A stretch of 64,000 bases of DNA from Candidatus Bathyarchaeota archaeon (GCA_963833125.1 CAWHWX010000004.1:160001-224000); one strand, 5' to 3'; shown: positions 38,940-50,626, numbered from the stretch's first letter. Made by a program: numbers and translations. Notes: a model not told the origin generated them from the sequence alone.

Positions 38940-40076
38940 TTACAATCCGCGCCTAAACGCAAGTAACGACAATATCACCATCAAGCCAGTGAACGCCGCC
39001 AAGAAGGCAAAGTCGCCTACGACTGCCCCAAATCCCGCCCCATTGTACATCAATAGCCGTAGGGCATGAACCGCGTAGGTTTCAGGGTTGATTATCGATA
39101 TTTCCCTCATCCAAGTGGGAGCACCATCCAGTGGGTATATCGCGCCGCTTGTATAATACAGAGTCAAGTTGATAGGGAATGATGAAAACCTGTAAACGTC
39201 GGCTGTCGAAAACCTCACCGCGTAAGCGGTCATCATAGCGATAAGTCCTAGTGAGGTGAGCCCCAGTGTGAACAATACCAGTGTCATTCCTATCAGGTCT
39301 AGTGTGGGCCGAACGCCTACCAATAAGATGGCTAAGAAGAATAATGCGAACGCTGAGATGAGCGATTTAACGACTCCTGCAAGCAGGACGCCGATGATGA
39401 TCTCATATTTTTTCAGAGGAGTGACTAAGTATCCTTCGATTATTCCTCTTTCTTTATCGTTTACGAGTTGAACGCCGCCCGCGATAATTGAAACGAACAT
39501 GATTGATTGAACAAATGTTCCGGGCGCCATGAATTCAATGTACAAGAAGGTTCTGTAAGAATTCTCCAAATCAACATCTATCATTGAGCCGGCCGGGGTT
39601 GATGTTTGGATTAGAGATGAGAGCTGTTGACCTGCCTTGGCAATTCCAGGACCAACGGCAGCGGAACTTAATGGATCAGTATTATCTAATGTTACTGTAA
39701 TGATGACGTTCGATTTCTCACTCAATGCCGTGTCAAAACCTTCGGGAATTAGAACTATCGCTTTGACGAGACCCGCTTGGAGCATTTGCCGTGCCGTATC
39801 CATATCGGGAACGTTTGTTAGATGAAAAGAATTCTGGCAATTTATTACGCCCAGTTCACAACTTTGTTGATTCTGCAAAATTTGTACGAAGTTTGCTGAA
39901 AATGGGCCATAGCTTTCTTGTACGATTGCGATTGGTGCATGCGTTATTGTTCCACCAAAAGCGCTCCCGAGCAAGACCAAAGTCAGAAATGGTAAAAAAA
40001 TCGTGGAGACGACGAGGAATGGTTGTCTAAGGAATTTTCGAATATCCCGCTCGCATACGGCTAAGCTGCCTTTCAA
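38940..40076 (-). CDS. ABC-2 type permease
   Basis: DKERGIIEGYLVTP, SGAIYP, NPETYAV. Confidence 0.92.
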   Translation of the reverse strand: MKGSLAVCERDIRKFLRQPFLVVSTIFLPFLTLVLLGSAFGGTITHAPIAIVQESYGPFSANFVQILQNQQSCELGVINCQNSFHLTNVPDMDTARQMLQAGLVKAIVLIPEGFDTALSEKSNVIITVTLDNTDPLSSAAVGPGIAKAGQQLSSLIQTSTPAGSMIDVDLENSYRTFLYIEFMAPGTFVQSIMFVSIIAGGVQLVNDKERGIIEGYLVTPLKKYEIIIGVLLAGVVKSLISAFALFFLAILLVGVRPTLDLIGMTLVLFTLGLTSLGLIAMMTAYAVRFSTADVYRFSSFPINLTLYYTSGAIYPLDGAPTWMREISIINPETYAVHALRLLMYNGAGFGAVVGDFAFLAAFTGLMVILSLLAFRRGL

Positions 40077-41013
40077 TCTCCCAGACTCCGACCTGTAAAG
40101 TTCAGGAAAACGTCATCTAAGGTAAGCTCGCGCAGAGTTATTGTCCGAAGTTTTCCTCCATTCGAGTCAATTAGTCCAACTATCTTCGGAACTGCTTCCG
40201 CACCATTCTTCACTAGAAATCGTTAGGTTGCTGTCCCGCCTTTTGACTTCCAAAACGAATTCTGCCCTTTCTAAGGCCTTGAGAGCAGCATCAGGGCAGG
40301 TTTGAGAAGTTGGCTTCGACTACGTCGCCTCCTGAAACTTGCCGCTTTAGTTCCGTTGGGGTTCCCAAGGCGACTACTTTGCCGTGATCGACAATAGCGA
40401 GCCTATTGCAAAGTTTCTCCGCTTCATCTAGGTAATGGGTTGTAATCACAAGTGTGATTCCGTGCTCTTCATGGATTCGTTCAACGTATTCCAAAACTGC
40501 GGCACGGGCCTGAGGATCGAGACCTGTGGTCGGTTCATCAAGCAATAGGACTTCAGGTTCATGGACAAGGGCCCTCACAATTTCTAGACGACGTTTCATG
40601 CCTCCCGAATAACTTCCGACGGGATTTCTGGCTCGATCCTGTAACTCTACCACTTTGAGAAGTTCCGGTATTCTTTCTTGGCGTTGCTTGCGAGACATGC
40701 CGTAATATTTCCCGTACAGATTCATGTTTTCAAGCGCCGATAACTCATTGTCTAACGTTGACGCCTGTGTAACAACTCCTATGCGCTCACGTACTTTGTT
40801 TGCTTCATGTATAATATCCGCACCTGCGACCGTGGCCGTGCCCTCGGTGGGCACGAGAATTGTTGTTAGCATGCGGGTTAAGGTTGTTTTTCCTGCGCCG
40901 TTAGGGCCTAAGAGACCAAAAACTTCGTGTTTAATTTCGAGATTAATATGATCAACCGCTGTGAAGTCGCCGAATTTTTTCGTAATGTCAAACGTCTGCA
41001 CTGCTAGATCCAT
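40073..41013 (-). CDS. ABC exporter ATP-binding subunit (DrrA-like), frameshifted after about 40300
   Basis: GPNGAGKTT, YSGGMKRR, LLDEPT; tail TLDDVFLNFTGRSL in another frame, ending 40073. Confidence 0.9.
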
Positions 41014-41093
41014 TGTTGGGAACCGTCTGAAATAATTGCCTTAAGAATCGCGCACGCACCGATCCATGCGATAATTAAGACTATCCTGTAATC

Positions 41094-41375
41094 TCAATCT
41101 TTGATGGCTTCGAGTATGCTAACCGCATTCCAAATCTTGACTCGAGTGTATGGTGGCATGTTCGGGTCTTGGCTTATGTCATCTAGAGTGGAGATTGCGT
41201 TTGCCGCCCTGACGCCTAGACTTACGTCGCCGACTTGCAGCATATCCATGGCGCTTTTCGCTGCGCGGCGGATGTTGCGGGGCGTAGTGTTGTCGTTAGA
41301 AACGTCGTTCAGAACAACTAGGGCCTGCTTGATTCGGGCCTCGTATTCTTCCTTGCGTTTGACTTTTGTTGACAT
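41094..41375 (-). CDS. UPF0147 family protein
   Basis: DNTTPRNIRRAA...LDDISQDPNMPPYTRVKIW. Confidence 0.92.
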   Translation of the reverse strand: MSTKVKRKEEYEARIKQALVVLNDVSNDNTTPRNIRRAAKSAMDMLQVGDVSLGVRAANAISTLDDISQDPNMPPYTRVKIWNAVSILEAIKD

Positions 41376-41500
41376 GGCGGAACACCCGCATGACAGGCGA
41401 CCTTTCAACCAAACCATCCATAGGGCAATATCTAAACTCTTTCTCCAACCGGAGGCCTCAGCTTATACCCGGGCTTTCCCTAACTTAACAAAACGTAATA

Positions 41501-41899
41501 GTGGTTGAGCGCATTATTCCACGGTTAACGGCCTTGAGCTTAGAAGTCAAGAAGATGGCTGAACTACTAAAATCCGGGGCAGCTATGCTATCTGAGACTT
41601 GCCCCGAATGTGGGACACCACTCTTTCGCAAGGGCAATGAAACCTTCTGCCCCAAATGTAACAAACCCGTCGTAATCATACAGTCCGCTGACCAAGAAAG
41701 CCGCCTAATTACGGATAGGGTGCTGGAAGATTCTGAGCAAATCTTGCTATCGAAGATTAAAGAGCTGAATTTGGCGATGAAGAACGAAAGGGACCCCGAG
41801 AAATTAATTGCGTATGGAAACGCATTGGCGAGTTGGCTGGGGTCAATGGAGAAACTTCGCCGACTAAGAACTCAAAGCCGGAAGCATAGCACCGAGTGA
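41501..41899 (+). CDS. UPF0148 / Sjogren autoantigen p27-like zinc-ribbon protein
   Basis: MAELLKSGAAMLSETCPECGTPLF...FCPKC. Confidence 0.9.
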   Translation: MVERIIPRLTALSLEVKKMAELLKSGAAMLSETCPECGTPLFRKGNETFCPKCNKPVVIIQSADQESRLITDRVLEDSEQILLSKIKELNLAMKNERDPEKLIAYGNALASWLGSMEKLRRLRTQSRKHSTE

Positions 41900-42141
41900 T
41901 TTCGATGAAATGCAATGATTGTGAGGGCAAGGGCACAACGGACTGTGCAGACTGTGAAGGAATGGGCACGATAGACCTTGATTGCGATAAGTGCGGCGGC
42001 GAAGGAACCATCCGCGAGACGGGAATGACCCTTCGTTGCCCCGAATGCAATGGTGAGGGGAGGATAAGCGAAGATTGCCCAGAATGTGACGGTGAAGGGC
42101 AAAAGGATTGCGAAGCTTGTGGCGGAACCGGTGAAGAATGA
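41896..42141 (+). CDS. Stand-alone DnaJ-type zinc-finger protein
   Basis: Six CxxCxGxG repeats in 81 aa. Confidence 0.8.
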   Translation: MISMKCNDCEGKGTTDCADCEGMGTIDLDCDKCGGEGTIRETGMTLRCPECNGEGRISEDCPECDGEGQKDCEACGGTGEE

Positions 42142-42208
42142 GCCGCAGCATGAATCTCTTGAAGCAGTTTATATTCCCTAACCCATCTCTGCTGCTTGCA
42201 AGTGGTCC

Positions 42209-43101
42209 ATGATGAATCTGGGCGACAATCTTAGCGACAGTTTCGAATATACGAAGAAATTATTCAGTGGCTTTGGCCGTCTAATCATACTCATCGTTCT
42301 CAGTGTTATCCCCATCGTCGACTTCATAGTAATCGGCTACCAAGCCAGAGTGCTGAGGGAGTCACCTGGCACAGGAACCCCTCCGAAGCTGGAAAAGTAC
42401 GGCGAGTTGTTCGTTGAGGGAGCCAAGGTCTTCTTTGCGGCCCTAATCTACATGCTAATTCCAATAATCCTCATAATAGTCGGCGGCGTCTCTATGTCTG
42501 CCGGCCTAACGTCGACGTCAGGCCTGGCGCTTGCAGGTGGACTTATGCTGGGAGGGGCGGGCGCCGTGATTCTCCTTGTCGGCATCATCCTCGTCGTACT
42601 TCTGCTGATCATTCTAGGAGTAGGCATGGCACACATGATTAAGACAGGAAAGTTCGGAAAGGCTTTCGCGTTCGGCGAGATACTGGCCATCATACGCGGG
42701 ATTGGTTGGATGAAGTACATCGGTTGGATAGTTGTTGTGGTGATAATCGGCGTTGTTATTAGCGCAATTTCGGGGCTTATACCCCGTGTTGGATGGGTGA
42801 TCTCCGCAATCCTCCAACCGATCTTAGGCGTCTTCGTTTTCAGGTCCATGGGACTATTGTACAATGACGGCGCTCCACCTGAACTGAAAGCGGTTGCACC
42901 TGTCGTTAGTGGTTTGGCCTGTCCTTCTTGCGGCACGCCGCTACAGCCGCAGCATAAGTTCTGCCCGAGCTGCGGCGCCGCAGTACCCGCTCCTCTCCAC
43001 CTCCAACGGCGCAGAGTGGTACGAAGTTCTGCATCAGTTGCGGCGCAAAGATTCCGACGACGGCAACTTTCTGCGGAGTATGTGGCGCGAAACAAACATA
43101 A
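42209..43101 (+). CDS. DUF4013 membrane protein with double zinc ribbon; frameshift near 42995
   Basis: IIVLSVIPIVDFIVIGY...LFVEGAK; CPSC x2, then KFCISCG...FCGVCG in the next frame. Confidence 0.85.
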
Positions 43102-43257
43102 GCAGCACACATCTCTCGACGCTACTTGGCTCATCCTGCCTTAGAGAGAACTCTAGGGGAATTTCATTCGGGCTACGGGGGCGTGTTATACCCCGTGACT
43201 TATACCCACGTTATGTGCTGTTTTTGATTGTCAATTAGGTAAGAGGGCGCTCCATAG

Positions 43258-45516
43258 GTGTCGTTCGACCTCAGTTCCAACTCGTTACTGAGGTTAGATT
43301 CCATCGAACGCCGCTCTTATCAAGAGTCCATCGCCAAGAACGCCGTGCGCGTCAACACCTTGGTCTGCCTTCCCACGGGGTTAGGGAAGTCAATAGTCGC
43401 TGCCTACGTGGCTGCGGAAAGGCTGCAACGAATTCCAAACAAGGGCGTAGTCATGCTAGCCCCCACAAAGCCCTTGGTCCTTCAACATTTCAAAACTTTT
43501 CAGAAATTACTCAACCTTGATCCCTCATCTATGGTTTGGTTGACCGGAGAGGTTGGTCCTGACGAACGTATCGACTTGTGGCAGAAACGACTCATCTTTT
43601 CCACGCCTCAAGTTTTCATGAATGACTTGCTAACAGGCAAACTCAACCTAGACGCAATTTCGTTGATGATTTTTGATGAGGCCCACAGGGCGGTGGGCGA
43701 TTATCCTTACGTTTTCATAGCCGATCGCTACTCTGCAACCGACGGCCTCATCCTAGGGTTAACCGCCTCACCTGGCTCAAGCGAACAGGATGTTCGAGAG
43801 ATCTGCGACAACCTCCATCTCAAATGGGTCGAGGCACGCTCAATTCAGAGCGAGGACGTAAAACCATACGTTGGCGGAATAGAGATCAGCTGGGTTAACG
43901 TCAACCTTCCGCAAATATTCTATGACGTAAAAAGAGAACTGGAATCCTTCCTACGGGACAAACTGCGGACAATAAGGGATCACGGATACCTTGAGAGCGC
44001 GGCTATGGATAGAGTTCGACTGCGGGACGTGCTAGATGCCCGGCAACGAATACTAAGCGACGCCGCTGGCGGGAACAGGGACGCTAAGATATACTTGGCT
44101 TACGTCTACGCGGCCATTCACGCAATTCGCGCGACAGAGTTCCTGGAAACCCAGGGCTTTCCCGCCCTGAAAGAACACCTAGACGGGTTAAGGGAGAAGG
44201 GACAGACACGGATGACGCCGGGACTGAAAATGCTTCTCGAAGACGACCGAATGAAGCAAGTAGTAACAGTGGTGAATAGCCTCGTGGCGAAAGAGGTTGA
44301 CCATCCCAAAGTTACTGAACTAATCAGATCTGTACGATTGGGGTTGGGTAAGGGCGCACGCCGCATCATGGTTTTCACAAATTACCGCGCGACCGCGGCG
44401 AGGCTTGTGGAGGTCCTCAACAAGGTCGAAGGAGTTTCAGCCGTTCGACTAGTCGGCCAAGCTTCCCGCGCCAACGACCGTGGCCTGACTCAGAAAAAAC
44501 AATCCATGGTACTGGATGACTTCAAGGCGGGTACGTTCAATGTGCTCGTTGCGACGCAGATAGGGGAGGAAGGGCTTGACATCGTCGAATGCGATCAAGT
44601 CGTCTTCTACGATACCGTCCCAAGCGCGGTTCGGTACATTCAACGTCGCGGGCGAACCGGCCGAAAAGGTCCTGGGGCAGCGGTCATATTGATCGCGAAA
44701 GGAACGAGGGACGAGGCGTATTATTGGATCTCACAGCGCAGGGAGCGCGAGATGAACAGCGCTATCAAACAGTTCGTCGCGGCTCGGAGGGAGTACGCCC
44801 CCGACCAGTCAAGAATAGAGAAATTCATGTCATCAAGTTTGAAGGAAAAGAAATTGGTAGAACAAATTGTCGTAGTCGCCGATTCAAGGGAACTCGGCGC
44901 TTTGGTTACGAGGGAACTCGCCAAACTCGGCGCCCTCGTCAAATCCGAAACATTGCAAGTTGGAGATTTCGTTCTCTCCGACAGGGTTGTCGTAGAGCGA
45001 AAGGAGGTTGACGACTTCGCGTCCTCAATAATTGACGGCCGCCTATTCCAGCAAGCCGCGAAACTCAAGGACGCTTACATGAAGCCGGTGATAATTGTGG
45101 AAGGGGAATCATTGACTGGATCGGGACGCGTTCGGCCTGAAGCTATGATGGGCGCCTACGCTAGCATTCTAATGGATTATGGGATTCCGATAATCTTAAC
45201 GCAGAAACCCTCAGAGACAGCACAGTTAATGTTCGCCATCTGTCGCCGCGAACAGATCCAAGACAAACGAACCCCAAGAATAATGACAGTCGCCAAACCC
45301 AAAACACTCCAGGAAGAGCAGGAATTTGTGATCTCCAGCCTACCCAACATAGATAGAACCCGAGCCAAGAGGCTACTAACCTCATTTCACACACCCCAAC
45401 GCGTCTTTCAAGCGTCCGAAGAAGAACTCATGTCAGTATCCGGAATAGGTGAGAAGATCTCCGAAGAGATCAGGCGGGTTCTGACAACGAATTACAAGGC
45501 TGAACCACTAGTCTAA
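43258..45516 (+). CDS. hef: Hef: SF2 helicase fused to ERCC4 nuclease
   Basis: LPTGLGKS, DEAH, QRRGRTGR, GDF...VERK, HhH tail. Confidence 0.96.
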   Translation: MSFDLSSNSLLRLDSIERRSYQESIAKNAVRVNTLVCLPTGLGKSIVAAYVAAERLQRIPNKGVVMLAPTKPLVLQHFKTFQKLLNLDPSSMVWLTGEVGPDERIDLWQKRLIFSTPQVFMNDLLTGKLNLDAISLMIFDEAHRAVGDYPYVFIADRYSATDGLILGLTASPGSSEQDVREICDNLHLKWVEARSIQSEDVKPYVGGIEISWVNVNLPQIFYDVKRELESFLRDKLRTIRDHGYLESAAMDRVRLRDVLDARQRILSDAAGGNRDAKIYLAYVYAAIHAIRATEFLETQGFPALKEHLDGLREKGQTRMTPGLKMLLEDDRMKQVVTVVNSLVAKEVDHPKVTELIRSVRLGLGKGARRIMVFTNYRATAARLVEVLNKVEGVSAVRLVGQASRANDRGLTQKKQSMVLDDFKAGTFNVLVATQIGEEGLDIVECDQVVFYDTVPSAVRYIQRRGRTGRKGPGAAVILIAKGTRDEAYYWISQRREREMNSAIKQFVAARREYAPDQSRIEKFMSSSLKEKKLVEQIVVVADSRELGALVTRELAKLGALVKSETLQVGDFVLSDRVVVERKEVDDFASSIIDGRLFQQAAKLKDAYMKPVIIVEGESLTGSGRVRPEAMMGAYASILMDYGIPIILTQKPSETAQLMFAICRREQIQDKRTPRIMTVAKPKTLQEEQEFVISSLPNIDRTRAKRLLTSFHTPQRVFQASEEELMSVSGIGEKISEEIRRVLTTNYKAEPLV

Positions 45517-45533
45517 GCATTCGAGCGAAGTGG

Positions 45534-46293
45534 TTGGGTTCATTGATGAATCGGTATGACATCGAGGCTGCGTTCTACGATATCCTCTATGACCCAACTG
45601 ATGACATCCCACTTTACCTTGAATACGCGTCGAAGGCAGGAGGGACTGTCCTCGAATGTGCCTGCGGAACGGGTAGGGTCCTTCTGCCCTTGGCTCGCGC
45701 CGGTCACGAGGTCACAGGTCTAGATGCCAGTTACAAAATGCTCGAAGTCCTCAAAACCAAACTGAAAAGAGAAAAGCCCGAGGTCAGGAAACGAGTTCAT
45801 CTAGTCAAGGGGGATATGCGAAACTTCAAGTTACCCAAGACCTTCGCTATGGGATACATCGCGTTTCGCGTCCTTCCTTCACAACCTGACCGTCCAAGAC
45901 GAGTAGGCTTGCGTCAGACGCATGTTCGAGCATCTTCGGCCCGATGGTTGGTTCGTTATGGACGTTTTCAATCCAGACCTTTCAAGGCCTCAACATCTGG
46001 CAAGACTCGACAAAGTGAAGCAGCATGGTAAGGAGACAGTCCTCCGCTTTAACGCACAGGAAATGAACTTCAAGAATCAGACAATCAACGCCACAAATCT
46101 CTATGATTTCGTTAGCTCATCAGGTTCCGTCAAGAGGAAAGTGGTCAACTTCCAGTTACGGTACATCTTCAAAGACGAACTCGTTAGACTATTGGAAAGA
46201 ACCGGTTTCCGCGTTCAAACGATCTACGGTGGGCTAAATCATGAATCGTTCAATGAGAATAGTCCTAGGATAGTTTGCGTTGCACGAAAGTAA
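45534..46293 (+). CDS. Class I SAM-dependent methyltransferase; frameshift near 45870
   Basis: VLECACGTGR, GDMRNF; continues HLRPDG.F..D in ORF 45922-46293. Confidence 0.88.
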
Positions 46294-46316
46294 ATCAGTC
46301 AAGCAATTATTCTGAA

Positions 46317-47187
46317 TCAAGCGCCGCCAAGCGTGACAATTAGGTCGGTTAAGAAACCTGCCGTTATTCCAATAAAGAATCCTAGCATTAGAATATCATT
46401 CGTAACTTGACGTCTTCCAGAATTGTACATTAGCATTGTCACGTAAACTAAGGCCCCTCCTGCGAGGGCGAGGAAGAATATGTAGGCGATTGGCGATGCC
46501 CAGAGGCTCCCTAATAGGGTTCCAATGAATGTGGGCCCACCACCAACTAAACCCGCCGTTAAGAGAAAACGGTTACTCGGCCTCTTAGCTAGGCCGCTAA
46601 GAGGTGCTGCGATTCCGAAACCTTCAGTGGTGTTGTGGGCCGCGAATCCGATAATCAGCATGACAGCCAACCCTATAGCACCTGAAGCATAGGACTGCCC
46701 GATCGCCAAACCTTCACTGAAGTTGTGCGCACCGATTCCTATTGCGATCATCATTGATAGTCTGTACGCATCCACTTGCTGTATCAGTTGTAATTCTTGA
46801 CGAGCCCGACCTCCGGTTCCGCTCTCCAATTTCGTAACTTGTACGCGTCACTGCCGAGGGCGAACTGCCGGCCCTCATGTATCTTCTTCCGTACCACGTG
46901 AGACCTAGGAGACCTATTCCGATTCCTCCAAGCATCGCACCCAGGTCAACGACGGCAACCCAAAGAGGTGCAGTGCCTGCAAAAGCACCGGTCGCTGCGT
47001 CCGCTGTAGTGGTCCAGGCGTGACTAAGGACGTCGACTATGAGGAATATCAAAATGCCAGTCGCGAATGCGTTCAGGAACCCTTTCTTTTTCAAGCTGAC
47101 TTTCTGAATAATTGCAAGCGGCATTCCTAGAAGAATCGTGAGGCCCGCGAACGCACCAAGAATTAGGACTTGAACATACGCTACCAA
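46317..47187 (-). CDS. ZIP (ZupT-like) metal transporter, frameshifted
   Basis: GIGAHNFSEG, AAHNTTEG; N-terminal half in ORF 46714-47187. Confidence 0.9.
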
Positions 47188-47453
47188 GAATGAGCACTTC
47201 CAATGTGAACGGACCGTAGGTTACGGGTTGGGCACTCAATTACTCCGTTGCAGTTTGCTGTGAGGCCCGGCAATCTTGACACCGTTTGAGTTTGTAGTTT
47301 CGTCTTAGAGCGAACGTGCGATTATTCCATACGTCATATATAACGCTCTCTCCTGACTCAACTTCGAAGTGAAAATAAATTGAATCACCTACACTCAAAC
47401 TAGTCGTTAGCCTGAGGAGGGTTGAAGAACAACAAACGACATTCAACGGCAAC

Positions 47454-48444
47454 ATGAAATCTGCTCTGGAAATTCTAGGCGAATACAAAGGCGTCGTTGA
47501 AGCTGAAATTGAACGTCATATACCCAGAACCGGGGAACCACAGGAATTCTACGCTCCGGTCTGGGACCTGCTCGATCGTGGAGGAAAACGGCTCAGACCC
47601 GCCATAACTTTCTTGGCGAGCGAGTGCGTAGGCGGTCGGAAGGAAGATGCGCTCGGCGGGGCAGCTGCAGTTGAACTTCTACACAATATGACACTGGTCC
47701 ACGACGACATCGAGGACAGGAGCGAGCTTCGCCGTGGTAAACCATGCATCCACATAATCTACGGCATACCCACTGCCATCAATGTTGGCGACTCCATGCT
47801 CATCAAGGTATTCGAGATCGCTAACTCAAGCCATATACCCCAAGACAGGTGTCACCGGCTAGTATCACAAGTCGCAAAACGCGCATATGACATAACATGG
47901 GGTCAACAATTCGAATTCAGCATGTGGAAACGCAAACACTTCACCGAAGATGAAGTAATCCGCTTATTGAAGAATAAGACCGGCGCGCTAACGGCATTAT
48001 CATCAGAGGCAGGAGGAATTGCTGGAGGAGGTAGTGAAGAGCAAATCAAGTTGCTTGGTGATTTTGGTGAGACAATCGGAGTCGGTTTCCAAATAATAGA
48101 TGATACGTTAAATGTTTCGGGCGACGTGAAGGAGTATGGCAAGGAAATTGGTGGAGACATTCGAGAAGGAAAGAAAACTCTACTCACAGCCCACCTCCTA
48201 AGAACCGCCAACCCACTGGATAGAAAGACATTCGCACGCCTTCTTGGCAAGAGCAGCATCACGAAAAAGGAAACTCAAAAAGCAATTCTACCTACTAGAG
48301 AAATACGGATCGATTGATTACGCGAAAAAAGAAGCCGACTCATACCTCCGCACCGCTCTGAACCTGCTAAACAAGCTCCCGGCATCCGACGCCCGAAATA
48401 ACCTAGTGTCGGTGGCGAAATTTCTGGTATCACGATCATTCTGA
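47454..48444 (+). CDS. Polyprenyl (GGPP-type) diphosphate synthase; frameshift near 48295
   Basis: GGKRLRP, LVHDDIED...RRG, KTG, FQIIDD. Confidence 0.93.
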
Positions 48445-48615
48445 GAGCTGAAACGTGAATTAGATTGACGATTCTGGTTCTGTATTGAGAGCCGATGTAT
48501 TGGTGCCGTGGAGTCGTGGGTGCACCAATGGTGAACATAAAGTCGTTAGATTGGTGTCCGAAACAACCATTAAATTGAACTACAAACCGTAGCTGGCCTA
48601 AATGAGGCTCCATGT

Positions 48616-49752
48616 TTGAAGTCTAGATCAAGATCCAAGAAATCAGTCTGGCCCCGAACAACCATCGCGGTTCTTCTAGTGGTAATTGTAGTCTTAGGAT
48701 TTGTGGCATTATACTATAGTCCCGTGCTTAATGGACTCCAGCCGAGAACTCTCACTCCTGACCAAATCTACGCAACTGCAAGCCAAAGCGTAGTGACCAT
48801 ACAAGGTGTGGTGAAAGATATGACACTAAGCACCTACCCCAACGGAACTCTAAGCGCAGTTTTAGGGACCGGGTTTGTGATAACCTACGGTGGCTCTTAC
48901 TATATCATCACGAACTATCATGTAATCGACGGCCTACTAGACTCGACTGTGACGTTTTCGAATGGCGACTCCTACCCAGCCAAAGTCTTGGGTTCAGACG
49001 CTTACAGCGACATAGCAGTAGTATCAGTCAACGCTACACCCAGCGAGTACCACCCGCTTCAACTAGGTTCTTCTGCTGAACTCAAAGTTGGCGAAACAGT
49101 TGTGGCCATTGGCAACCCCTACGGCCTATCCAACACCGTAACCGTGGGCGTCGTAAGTCAGGTCGGAAGAGCGTTGCAGACCGATACATTAGGCGGTTTC
49201 GCGATCCCAGACACGGTCCAATTCAGCGCCGCAGTTAACCCAGGCAATTCCGGAGGCCCCGTAATCGCACCCGACGACACAGTAGTGGGAATTACTTCTG
49301 CCTCTGTAACTAATTCGGAAGGACTTGGCTTCGCCATCGCATCAGACACAATCACTCGAGAATTACCATCTCTCATTACGCAAGGTAAGTACACCAAACA
49401 TCCGTACCTAGGTCTCGGCCTTATCGATATGACCTATCAACTGTCGCAATCGATGGGAACGAACGTCACCTATGGGGTCCTGGTAGAGAGCATAGTTCCA
49501 GGCGGCCCCGCAAGCACCTCCGGACTTAGGGCAGGAACCCAAAATGCCACAATCGATCAACAAGAATACATCGTGGGGGGCGACATTATAGTTTCAATTA
49601 ACGGAAATAAAATCACTAATTACGACTCGTTCTCCGCATACCTAGAGCAACATGCTGTAGCAGGACAAACCATTCAACTAGGAATAATTCGAAATGGACA
49701 GTACATGGTAGTCTCAGTGCTGCTCGGTTCGAGACCCCCTCTATCAGCGTAA
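48616..49752 (+). CDS. htrA: HtrA/DegP-like serine protease with PDZ domain, membrane-anchored
   Basis: TNYHV, SDIAV, NPGNSGGP, PDZ domain. Confidence 0.93.
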   Translation: MKSRSRSKKSVWPRTTIAVLLVVIVVLGFVALYYSPVLNGLQPRTLTPDQIYATASQSVVTIQGVVKDMTLSTYPNGTLSAVLGTGFVITYGGSYYIITNYHVIDGLLDSTVTFSNGDSYPAKVLGSDAYSDIAVVSVNATPSEYHPLQLGSSAELKVGETVVAIGNPYGLSNTVTVGVVSQVGRALQTDTLGGFAIPDTVQFSAAVNPGNSGGPVIAPDDTVVGITSASVTNSEGLGFAIASDTITRELPSLITQGKYTKHPYLGLGLIDMTYQLSQSMGTNVTYGVLVESIVPGGPASTSGLRAGTQNATIDQQEYIVGGDIIVSINGNKITNYDSFSAYLEQHAVAGQTIQLGIIRNGQYMVVSVLLGSRPPLSA

Positions 49753-49845
49753 GACCAACTACCCAACTACGGGCAATGAACAATAGTTCCACTTACATTA
49801 TTAACAACTACAGCCTGTAGTTTCCACTCAACTCAGGGAGCACTC

Positions 49846-50040
49846 ATGAACCAAGCATACCAAGCCTATGGAGCCAATGACCCAAACGGCGGTTTACCCG
49901 TCATCGGGTTGTTCCCCTGCCTTTATTGTACTCGACGATTCAGTATCAAGCGACAGCTGAAACTCCACTACCGTCAACGTCACTCGAGAAGTATTCCAAG
50001 CTATGAAGGTAGGAAGATCTCACAACTTGACCACCCTTAA
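49846..50040 (+). CDS. Small C2H2 zinc-finger protein
   Basis: FPCLYCTRRFSIKRQLKLHYRQRH; GGGAG RBS. Confidence 0.6.
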   Translation: MNQAYQAYGANDPNGGLPVIGLFPCLYCTRRFSIKRQLKLHYRQRHSRSIPSYEGRKISQLDHP

Positions 50041-50139
50041 CTATTCCTGACGCCGTGAACGTGCGATGCTAACAATACGAACAGTCATTGTTTTTAGAAA
50101 GCAAGTTCGATTCTCCCGTAACACAGGAGTCTAATCAAA

Positions 50140-50325
50140 ATGGCCACGGCCCCCGCGGATTCTGGAAAGGGAAAATGGAGGTTTTCACACGTAAGCCTCT
50201 ATTCGGAGAACGTTTGCGAAACCTTCAGCGACGAAAAAGGGCAAATGCATTACAGATGGATTTATCCGGACGGCAAAATGGAATACATTTGTGCCTGCCA
50301 CCGTTTCCTGAACAAGCTACAGTGA
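50140..50325 (+). CDS. Small hypothetical protein
   Basis: 61 aa, AGGAG RBS. Confidence 0.5.
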   Translation: MATAPADSGKGKWRFSHVSLYSENVCETFSDEKGQMHYRWIYPDGKMEYICACHRFLNKLQ

Positions 50326-50359
50326 AATTGGAACTCCTCTACCACGTGAGGAACTCGTT

Positions 50360-50461
50360 CTAGCTTGGTTTTCTGCTAGAACCAGTTCGTTTCCGCATTC
50401 TTTGTTTTCTTTTCTGACGTCTGCGAATCCTGAAATCGGTCCTGCTAAGTTTATGGGGCAT
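50360..50461 (-). CDS. 33-aa Arg/Lys-rich peptide
   Basis: MPHKLSRTDFRIRRRQKRKQRMRKRTGSSRKPS; AGGAG upstream. Confidence 0.5.
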   Translation of the reverse strand: MPHKLSRTDFRIRRRQKRKQRMRKRTGSSRKPS

Positions 50462-50626
50462 CCCGCCAATACTCCTATGATTAACTGACTCCGAAGGGTA
50501 ATTGCTATATCTCTTTCTACCGATCAAGCTCCCTCGTTTAGGAGTCGTTGTCTTCTGTCGATCGAAGAACTTTCCAGCAAAGGCAGCCCTGCTTGCCAAG
50601 ATGCGTTCACCTATCTCAGGGACCAG

